NCBI GenBank assembly: GCA_017527825.1
Contig: JAFXPO010000016.1
Location: forward strand, 151,568-183,567
DNA from: Oscillospiraceae bacterium
GTDB taxonomy: Bacteria > Bacillota > Clostridia > Oscillospirales > Oscillospiraceae
Direction: 5' to 3'
DNA length: 32,000 nucleotides
Shown here: positions 13,015-19,642 of the stretch, one piece after another
Layout: every line of letters begins with the position of its first letter
Numbering within the stretch: position 1 is the stretch's first letter
Notes under the pieces: model-generated
What the model was told of the DNA's origin: nothing
Database searches by the model: none
Seen by the model: the letters and a program-made list of their open reading frames with translations, nothing else
Position numbers and translations under genes: made by a program

Positions 13015-15159
13015 TCACCGCCCCAAGAACTCCTCCTCGGTCATGCGCAGTTCGGGAAAGGCGCTGTTCCATGCTTCCAATTCCCGCCGCTGCTCCGGCG
13101 TAAGCGTCTTCGCCCCGCCGCGCTCCCGCGCCAGCTCTGCCAGCAGCGCCGCGTAGTCGTGCGGCGTGCCGGAAAACGGTCTGGTTGAATTGAGTAAAGG
13201 CGGAAAAAGAGGCCGCTGGTCACTTGCCCGATATCTGCTGTTGATGTAACCTTGATGGATCGCGGCGAGTTCCGCGGCATAAGCGTCAAAATCATAAAAC
13301 GCGTTTTTCAAGCCGTTGTACATGTTCTCCGGCATTTTTCCTGACGCTACATGTCCGTAAATTGTCGCGTTCAGCTCATCGTAAAGCGTTTTGATCTCCG
13401 ATTCCGTCGCATCAAAAGGGTCGATGCCGCGATGAGCAGATATTTCATCAAGCAATTTGTACGCTATGTCATTTTCTAGATCAATCATCTCCGGCGTTCG
13501 CTCAATGAAATCCAGATACGGCTGGTATCCCGCCTGTTTCATAACATGCGTCCCCTCGTGCGGCGCGATCATGCCCCGGTTCTCCTCCGGTATGGTTTCG
13601 CGCATATAGACCTCGGCGTTGCGGGTAAACGCGGAATCCGACCTGTTCCACTCAGCTTCGGGAATAATATGCACATTGGCATTGTACTGGGAAAGGGTCT
13701 GTCTCGAATCCTGCGCGACACTCAGTCCTCCGTGTCGTTTCCAAAGGTCACGAAAAGCTTCAAGAAATTTTCCGTCTCCTCCCTGTACTTTGGGTCGGTT
13801 TCCATTTTCTGCCTGTGCCTCATAATCCCCTCTTGTAGCTGCCTGCGCTGTCTCTCGAAGCGTTCCTCCCGGGTTTCTTCCTTGTCCGCCATTGCCTGTG
13901 CCCTCCATTCCTGTGATACTATCACTATACGCGCTTCGCGCCTGCGGAACAAGCCCGTTTTTTGCCTTCCCCGCAGCCGCCTGTCCGCCGCCGAGGACGC
14001 CGCCGACCGCTGCGCCGACGCCGAACTCCTTTGCCGCCGTCGCCGGGTTGAGTACTGCTGTCTCATTCCCGACCGAGAACAGCGGATTTTTCTTGCCGTA
14101 CACGACATTTTGCAAGCCGCGCTCGGTCACGCCCTGGATCGGCTCCTCCGCGCCCTCCTGCACGGCGGATCGCAGCCACTGTTTGAGCGCGGGTGCTCCG
14201 CTTTGCAGTTCTTTCGGCAAGGTCTCAAGTCCTCCCCCGACCTCCGCCGCCGCGTTGAGCAGCCCGTTGCCCATTGCATACGCTGAAGCCTTGGCGTCGC
14301 TCGCGCCGTCCGCCTTCGCCTGTTCGTAGCTTTCGCCCACCGTGCGCAGAAAGCTCGTCCAAAAGTTCGGATTGCTTGCCAGACCCGATACCGCGCTCCG
14401 CAGCGAGTTTAGGACGCCCGGCGCCCGCTGCGCCGCGGCAGCCGCCGCCTCAAGCCCTTTTGTGCCAACCGACGCGCCGCCGCTCATGAGCGCGGTGATT
14501 GCCTGCGGAACCGCCGCGACGACCGCCGTGCCGACGGTATCGGCGATCTTTGCCGCCGTGCCGCCCGCCGCGACGTTTGCCGCGCTGCTGCGGTAAGCGT
14601 CCTTTCGTTCCCGTTCGATCGCGTCGTTCCACTTGTAGAACAGGCCGTGCTGCTCCTGCATATCGTCAAAGCCGGTCAGCGCTTCCGCCAGCGCAAATGC
14701 CGCGCCCTCCAGCAGCGAAAGTGTACTGCTCATGGCGTGTGCCGACTCCGTCGTGCCCTTGCGGGCGATCCCCTCCAGCAGCTTCGCCGTGCTGAACGTA
14801 TCGCCGGAGGTTTTCTTATTCTCCGCCGTCTCCTTTGCGGCGGTCTTTTCAGCTTGGAACGTCGTTTTGGGAATCACTGCCAAGGCCGTGGATTCCGGCG
14901 TCTGTTTTACCGGACGCACATAAATCTGCCCGTTCTTTTCCTCCGCGGCGGCCTTTCCGGCGCTCACCAGCGCGTCCGCCGTCCTTGCGCTGATGGGGCC
15001 TTGGTTCAGGCTCAGCAGGCTTGCCGGATTGTAAACCGGAAGCTGCTTTTTTTCGTTCTGCTTGTCCAACTCATCAAGCACATTGCGCGCGGGGACGTAT
15101 CCGTTCGTCCGTACCCTTGTTCCGCGCTCTTTGCCGTAGATGTCCTTTACCTGCGCCAT
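13015..15159 (-). CDS. Large virion-associated protein candidate with a Gly/Ala-rich central region, an HExxH motif and a scaffold-like C-terminal peptide
   Basis: Tracked ORF of 714 aa containing MIAPHEGTHVMKQ (HExxH). The central YAMGNGLLNAAAEVGGG-type motif is reminiscent of phage polyvalent or ejected proteins. The C-terminus reads TLTPEQRRELEAWNSAFPELRMTEEEFLGR. Confidence 0.6.
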   Translation of the reverse strand: MAQVKDIYGKERGTRVRTNGYVPARNVLDELDKQNEKKQLPVYNPASLLSLNQGPISARTADALVSAGKAAAEEKNGQIYVRPVKQTPESTALAVIPKTTFQAEKTAAKETAENKKTSGDTFSTAKLLEGIARKGTTESAHAMSSTLSLLEGAAFALAEALTGFDDMQEQHGLFYKWNDAIERERKDAYRSSAANVAAGGTAAKIADTVGTAVVAAVPQAITALMSGGASVGTKGLEAAAAAAQRAPGVLNSLRSAVSGLASNPNFWTSFLRTVGESYEQAKADGASDAKASAYAMGNGLLNAAAEVGGGLETLPKELQSGAPALKQWLRSAVQEGAEEPIQGVTERGLQNVVYGKKNPLFSVGNETAVLNPATAAKEFGVGAAVGGVLGGGQAAAGKAKNGLVPQARSAYSDSITGMEGTGNGGQGRNPGGTLRETAQAATRGDYEAQAENGNRPKVQGGDGKFLEAFRDLWKRHGGLSVAQDSRQTLSQYNANVHIIPEAEWNRSDSAFTRNAEVYMRETIPEENRGMIAPHEGTHVMKQAGYQPYLDFIERTPEMIDLENDIAYKLLDEISAHRGIDPFDATESEIKTLYDELNATIYGHVASGKMPENMYNGLKNAFYDFDAYAAELAAIHQGYINSRYRASDQRPLFPPLLNSTRPFSGTPHDYAALLAELARERGGAKTLTPEQRRELEAWNSAFPELRMTEEEFLGR
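13722..13892 (-). CDS. Embedded +1-frame ORF (56 aa) inside the linker of the 714-aa gene
   Basis: GGAGGG (13901-13906) lies 8 nt before the ATG at 13890-13892. The product is MADKEETREERFERQRRQLQEGIMRHRQKMETDPKYREETENFLKLFVTFGNDTED. Codon third-position GC (GC3) favours this frame over the long ORF frame across the segment. Confidence 0.35.
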   Translation of the reverse strand: MADKEETREERFERQRRQLQEGIMRHRQKMETDPKYREETENFLKLFVTFGNDTED

Positions 15160-15162
15160 GCT

Positions 15163-16533
15163 CTACCAATCACTCCTTCTTCGTTTTTGCTTCCGCTTTT
15201 CCCGCGGGGCGAGCCGGTCGATCAGCTTCACCCGCTGCGGCGCGGCAGGCTCGCAGCCGTTCGCCGTCCAGTAAACGCAGAAGCCGCGCAGGGCGTCGGG
15301 CGCATGGGTCAGCTCATGGGGCGAGTTCGCCACGTCGTTGACCCGATGCTCGTCGTATTGCAGCAACGGCAGGCAGCGGATGATGTTCCGGCAGTTGGGG
15401 AAGAACCGGATGCGCGGACGCTTGACGCCGTCGGCGCCCTCGCGGGGCTTGAGCCACTCCTTGACCGCCAGCCAGCCGTTGACGCGGTCGTTGGAGGTCT
15501 TGGTCAGATACACGCCATGCTCGGCGAAGATGTCCGCGACGCTCTTGCCGCTCTCCTGTCGGGCGTTCCAGAGGTCGGGCGGCGCGAGATAGGCGGTGAC
15601 GGTTCTGTCCCCCGCCAGCGCCCTGACCGCTTCCGCCGCCTCGGAGATGATGAGGCCGTCGTGCCCCTCACCCCGGTCGCGGCCCTCGTAGACCTCGCCC
15701 ACGACCCACGCCTCGCCGTTCTCGTCCACGCCGATGAGCAGCGCCGCCAGCATGTCGAGGCCGTAATCCATCGTGACGTACCAGCGCCACCACGCGCCGG
15801 GCAGGAACGCTTCGCAGACGTGAAGCTCCCGATCCCACTCGGTGAAGTACTGCCCCACGAACACGTCCCAGTTGCCGTCGCGCCACGCCTCCCGCAGACC
15901 GCGGGGCAGGTTGTCCAGCCGCCGGACGTACTCCGGGTCCTTCTCCACGAGGATTTTATTGTCCGTCACCTTGGCGGGGATGAACACATAGTCCTCCGGT
16001 CGCTCGCCGCCGCGGAAGTCCCGGTCGATGAACAGGCGCTTCACCCACGCGTGTCCCGGTCCGCCGGGGTTGCAGGTGAGGTACATTCGCTTGGGGAAGT
16101 CGTTGGCGCCGCGCAGCGCGGCGGTCAGCGTGGCGTACTGGTACTCGGTGAAGTGGGTCGCCTCGTCGAGGAAGATCACGTCGTACTCCTGCCCCTGGTA
16201 CTGGTCGACGTCGCCCTCGCTGTCACAGTAGCCGAAGACGATCAGGCTGCCATTGGGGAACTCGAACGCCTTGTCCGTCGCCTTGTAATCCGCGACGCCG
16301 CGCAGCAGCCGCCGCATGGGGCGGATGTGGTTCTCGCGCAGCTCGACGAGCGTGCGGCGCAGGATCAGGATGCGGATGCCCGCGTACCGCGCCGCCATCA
16401 GCACGGATTTGTGCTGCACGCACCAGCTCTTGCCGCCGCCCCGCGCCCCGCCGTAGCAGACGTAGCGCTCCCGCGCGGCGAAGAACAGCTCCTGCCTGGG
16501 CTGCGGCGGCGGCAGTACGATCTCAGTCGCCAC
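15163..16533 (-). CDS. terL: Terminase large subunit
   Basis: Tracked ORF of 456 aa. The Walker A motif is in YGGARGGGKSW, and the Walker B / nuclease regions (VIFLDEATHF, TCNPGGPGH) are typical. The GTG start overlaps the TerS stop. Confidence 0.9.
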   Translation of the reverse strand: MATEIVLPPPQPRQELFFAARERYVCYGGARGGGKSWCVQHKSVLMAARYAGIRILILRRTLVELRENHIRPMRRLLRGVADYKATDKAFEFPNGSLIVFGYCDSEGDVDQYQGQEYDVIFLDEATHFTEYQYATLTAALRGANDFPKRMYLTCNPGGPGHAWVKRLFIDRDFRGGERPEDYVFIPAKVTDNKILVEKDPEYVRRLDNLPRGLREAWRDGNWDVFVGQYFTEWDRELHVCEAFLPGAWWRWYVTMDYGLDMLAALLIGVDENGEAWVVGEVYEGRDRGEGHDGLIISEAAEAVRALAGDRTVTAYLAPPDLWNARQESGKSVADIFAEHGVYLTKTSNDRVNGWLAVKEWLKPREGADGVKRPRIRFFPNCRNIIRCLPLLQYDEHRVNDVANSPHELTHAPDALRGFCVYWTANGCEPAAPQRVKLIDRLAPREKRKQKRRRSDW

Positions 16534-16762
16534 GGTCGCCCACCTCGTCGGACAGCGTCAAAATGACGCGGTTGCCGTCGATGTTCGCCGCCTTGATCGG
16601 CACGTCCAGCCCCAGAATCTTGCTGATCTGATCCAGCGCGCTGAGCGCGCCCTTGGCGTCGAAGCCCTTCGGCTCCTCCTGAATGCAGCGCTCGTACACC
16701 TCCAGATACTTTCGGATCACGTCGTCCTGCGTCAGCTCCGGTTTCTTCCTTCTTGCAGCCAT
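16523..16762 (-). CDS. Terminase small subunit-like protein (short, 79 aa)
   Basis: Tracked ORF 16523..16921, trimmed to the ATG at 16760-16762, which follows an almost perfect Shine-Dalgarno (GAAGGGAGGTGAGGGC). The basic N-terminus MAARRKKPELT and ...KGALSALDQISKILGL resemble a TerS core. It lies directly upstream of, and overlaps, terL. Confidence 0.5.
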   Translation of the reverse strand: MAARRKKPELTQDDVIRKYLEVYERCIQEEPKGFDAKGALSALDQISKILGLDVPIKAANIDGNRVILTLSDEVGDRGD

Positions 16763-16930
16763 GCCCTCACCTCCCTTCGTCACCGATGTGAACTGATTCC
16801 CCGCGTCGCCCCTCCACTTGTAGCCCGTAGCGTTACTTTTTGTGCAAAAAGCGTCCTGCTCGGCTCTCTTCACGGGCGCGCTCTCCCGCCCACCGCATAA
16901 TTCACATGGGTAACTCATCAAGTTGCCACT

Positions 16931-16959
16931 AGTGTAACATTTGTTCTATGACTTGTCAA
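16931..16959 (-). promoter_or_regulatory. Late (structural operon) promoter
   Basis: Minus strand reads TTGACA (16954-16959), a 17-nt spacer, then TGtTACACT (-10 at 16931-16936). Confidence 0.65.
16934..16947. promoter_or_regulatory. Cheo-box-like (GAAC-N4-GTTa) candidate operator overlapping the late promoter -10
   Basis: Minus strand reads AGAACAAATGTTAC, against the Firmicute LexA consensus CGAAC-N4-GTTCG. A second 11-bp palindrome, ACTTGtCAAGT at 16951-16961, overlaps the -35. Confidence 0.4.
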
Positions 16960-16970
16960 GTTCTTTTTTC

Positions 16971-16999
16971 TTGATTTTTGAAAATTTTTATGGTAAGAT
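16971..16999 (+). promoter_or_regulatory. Repressor gene promoter
   Basis: TTGATT (16971-16976), a 17-nt spacer, then TGgTAAGAT (-10 at 16994-16999). AAGGAGGG Shine-Dalgarno and the ATG at 17030 follow. Confidence 0.6.
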
Positions 17000-17029
17000 A
17001 GGGCATTATTAAAATAAGGAGGGATCGCC

Positions 17030-17797
17030 ATGACGCTGGGCGAACGAATCAGGGCTGCGCGGGAAGCGCTGAAGATGACGCAGGAGGAGCTGGGCGCGCT
17101 GTGCAACACCACCAAGCAGACCATCTTCAAGTATGAAATGGGCATCGTCACCAACATCCCGCTGGACCGGCTGGAGCTGCTGAGTGAGAAGCTGGGCGTC
17201 ACCCCCGCCTATCTCACCGGCTGGTCGACGGAACCGGCGCTCCGCCTGCCGGAGAAGCTGCAAGCACTTTCCGAGCCGTTCGCCCGTCTCAACGACGACG
17301 GGCAGGACAAGGTCGTCGATTACACCGCCGATCTGGTCTCCTCCGGCAAGTACGTCCGCGAGGAGCCGGCGCGGGTGATCCCCTTCCCCAAGGCGAAGCG
17401 CCGCGCCGACGGCTTTGTGGAGTTCAAGGTCTACGACCAGCCCGCCGCCGCGGGTCTTGGCAACTATATCGACACCCCCGTGTTCACCGTGGAGCAGTAC
17501 CCCGCCCCGCTGGCGCCAGAGGGCGCGGACTTCGGCGTGCGCATCTCCGGCGACTCCATGGAGCCGGAGATTCCCAACGGCTGCACGGTATTTGTCCGCC
17601 CCACCCCGGCGGTGGACGTGGGCGACATCGGCATTTTTGTCTACGACGGTCAGGCGTACTGCAAAAAATTGATCGCCGACCGCGCGAACCGTCGAACGCT
17701 GCTGCGCTCCCTCAACCCGAAGTACGCCGACATTGTGGTGGAGGACGAGGCGCGGATGCGCACGCTGGGCAAGGTGCTGGGTCACTACCCGGCATGA
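17030..17797 (+). CDS. CI/LexA-like repressor with an XRE-family HTH and an S24 self-cleaving peptidase domain
   Basis: Tracked ORF of 255 aa. The HTH region is LKMTQEELGALCNTTKQTIFKYEMG. A candidate Ala-Gly cleavage site is in PAAAGLG. The Ser is in SGDSMEP and the Lys in AYCKKL. Confidence 0.9.
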   Translation: MTLGERIRAAREALKMTQEELGALCNTTKQTIFKYEMGIVTNIPLDRLELLSEKLGVTPAYLTGWSTEPALRLPEKLQALSEPFARLNDDGQDKVVDYTADLVSSGKYVREEPARVIPFPKAKRRADGFVEFKVYDQPAAAGLGNYIDTPVFTVEQYPAPLAPEGADFGVRISGDSMEPEIPNGCTVFVRPTPAVDVGDIGIFVYDGQAYCKKLIADRANRRTLLRSLNPKYADIVVEDEARMRTLGKVLGHYPA

Positions 17798-17863
17798 CGC
17801 CGCGGGAAGCCGTTTTTTGTAGACTTATTGATCATTATTGAATTTTCAGGTCTTTTCAAAGTA

Positions 17864-17892
17864 AAGAAACCCGCTCAAAGAGCGGGTTTCTT
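17864..17892. terminator. Bidirectional rho-independent terminator at the right edge of the element
   Basis: aagaaacccgct-caaag-agcgggtttctt, flanked by A and T runs. Confidence 0.75.
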
Positions 17893-18048
17893 CTGCTTTA
17901 AGCCAGTGATATCAAACATTTTTCAAGAAATCATCTTTTGGAGACTGTAGGGTTTCTTTTCATCCTCGTCAGTCGATCTTTGTTGTTTTTTGACGATGGT
18001 CGATTGCATCGGTCTATTGAATATCATTTGAGTCGGTTCTCGGAGCAA

Positions 18049-18696
18049 TCAGAGCAGCAGCGGCAACAGCTGCTCCGGCGTGTCTACGATGACCGCCGCC
18101 CCTGCCGCGCGGAGCGCGGCGCGGGAGCGAAAGCCCCAGCTCACGGCGATGAGGGGCAGCCCCGCGTTTTGCGCCGTCGCCACGTCCACCTCGGAGTCGC
18201 CCACATAGACCGCGCCGTTTTTCTCCGCGCCCAGCGCGGCGAGGGCGGCGTCCACCGTGTCCGGCGCGGGCTTGCGCCGCAGGGACGGCGTCTCGCCGAT
18301 GGCGACGTCCATCAGCGTGCCGAAATGCTCCGCGCTGAGCAGCCGCACGGCGGCGTCCGGCTTGTTGGACACCACCGCCAGGCGCTTCCCCGCGCCCTTG
18401 AGCGTTTCCAGCAGCTCCGCCACGCCGGGATAGGGCTTCGTGTGGTCGCGGCAGTGCGCGGCGTAGTACGCGCGGTAACGCGCGAGCGCGTCGTCGATGA
18501 CGTCGTCTCCGCTGCCCTCCGGCAGGGCGCGGCGGATTTGGTTCCGCGCACCGTTTCCGACGTAACTTCGTATGTCATCCATACCGCGTTCCGGGAACCC
18601 CAGTTCCCGCAGCACGGCGTTGGTGCTTGCCCAGAGGTCCTGTAACGTGTCGAGCACCGTTCCGTCCATATCAAACAAGATGGTTGCATAGCCCAT
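18049..18696 (-). CDS. HAD-IA hydrolase (phosphoglycolate phosphatase-like)
   Basis: This is the C-terminal 215 codons of tracked ORF 18049..19626. The ATG at 18694-18696 follows GGAAGGAGAG. Motifs are ILFDMDGTVLDT (motif I), VVSNK (motif II) and YVGDSEVD (motif IV). Confidence 0.85.
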   Translation of the reverse strand: MGYATILFDMDGTVLDTLQDLWASTNAVLRELGFPERGMDDIRSYVGNGARNQIRRALPEGSGDDVIDDALARYRAYYAAHCRDHTKPYPGVAELLETLKGAGKRLAVVSNKPDAAVRLLSAEHFGTLMDVAIGETPSLRRKPAPDTVDAALAALGAEKNGAVYVGDSEVDVATAQNAGLPLIAVSWGFRSRAALRAAGAAVIVDTPEQLLPLLL

Positions 18697-18724
18697 GTTC
18701 GTCTCTCCTTCCGCTTTTCTTCGC

Positions 18725-18753
18725 ATTATAGACGCGGCGCGGGAAAATGACAA
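18725..18753 (-). promoter_or_regulatory. Putative promoter of the HAD hydrolase gene
   Basis: Minus strand reads TTGTCA, a 17-nt spacer, then TATAAT. Confidence 0.5.
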
Positions 18754-18768
18754 GCCCTTGCAAAAGCC

Positions 18769-18797
18769 TTGAAAACTTCCCGCCCTTTGTTTATAAT
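18769..18797 (+). promoter_or_regulatory. Putative promoter of the udp-recG gene string
   Basis: TTGAAA (18769-18774), a 17-nt spacer, then TATAAT (18792-18797). Confidence 0.55.
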
Positions 18798-18831
18798 GAA
18801 AGAATAGAATATTGTACAGGAGGTACCCGTC

Positions 18832-19608
18832 ATGCAGGAACTCGAACGTCAATACCACATCCATTGCGCCCCCGGCGAGGTGGGCCGCTATGTGATCCTG
18901 CCCGGTGATCCGGGTCGCTGCGCCTCCATCGCCGCGTACTTTGACGACGCGAAGCTGATCGCGCAGAACCGTGAGTACACCACCTACACCGGAACGCTTC
19001 TGGGCGTGCCGGTCAGCGTCTGCTCCACCGGCATCGGCGGACCCTCCGCCTCCATCGCCATGGAGGAGCTGCACAAGCTGGGCGCGGACACCTTCATCCG
19101 CACCGGCACCTGCGGCGGCATCGACCTGGACGTGAAGTCCGGTGACATTGTGGTCGCCACGGGCGCGATCCGCTTTGAGCACACCTCCATGGAATACGCG
19201 CCCATCGAATTCCCCGCCGTGGCGGACTTTGACCTCGCCGCGGCGCTCATGCAGGCGTCGAAGGCGCTGGGCTACACCACCCACAGCGGCGTGGTACAGT
19301 GCAAGGACAGCTTTTACGGCCAGCACAGCCCGGAGGCAAGCCCGGTTTACTACGAGCTGCTGCAAAAGTGGGAGAGCTGGAAGCGCCTCGGCGTCAAGGC
19401 GAGCGAGATGGAATCCGCGGCGCTGTTCGTCGTGGCGGCGGCGCTGCATGTGCGCTGCGGCTCCTGCTTCCATGTGGTCTGGAACCAGGAACGCGAGAAG
19501 GCGGGGCTTGACCAGGATATGAGCGAAGACACCTCCGCCGCCGTCAAGGTCGCCGTTGAGGCTTTGAAGCTGGTCATTCAGCGCGATCTGGAGGCGAAGA
19601 AGGCGTAA
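18832..19608 (+). CDS. udp: Uridine phosphorylase (PNP/UDP-1 family)
   Basis: Tracked ORF of 258 aa. [32 protein letters not shown] and SEMESAALF match Udp-type nucleoside phosphorylases. Confidence 0.75.
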   Translation: MQELERQYHIHCAPGEVGRYVILPGDPGRCASIAAYFDDAKLIAQNREYTTYTGTLLGVPVSVCSTGIGGPSASIAMEELHKLGADTFIRTGTCGGIDLDVKSGDIVVATGAIRFEHTSMEYAPIEFPAVADFDLAAALMQASKALGYTTHSGVVQCKDSFYGQHSPEASPVYYELLQKWESWKRLGVKASEMESAALFVVAAALHVRCGSCFHVVWNQEREKAGLDQDMSEDTSAAVKVAVEALKLVIQRDLEAKKA

Positions 19609-19642
19609 TTCGCCCGTCAACACCAACGAACGGAGTCATTTC

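Larger units (their letters stand above)
2466..17892 (-). mobile_element. Phage-derived head-tail-lysis cluster with divergent repressor (podovirus-like defective prophage or GTA/PBSX-like element)
   Basis: A contiguous set of terminase, portal, scaffold, capsid, tail, fibre and lysis genes in one orientation. Start/stop codons overlap at 4281-4284, 5440-5443, 10842-10845 and 16523-16533. Terminators lie at 2466-2494 and 17864-17892, and housekeeping genes flank both sides. No integrase or replication genes were seen. Confidence 0.7.

Noticed and set aside
16763-16921. The 53-codon N-terminal extension of the TerS ORF as a separate Cro-like or zinc-finger gene.
   Set aside because: It is in frame with TerS with no stop between them, has no Shine-Dalgarno site and has no HTH-like sequence. 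It is kept only as an alternative leaderless start in the TerS finding.
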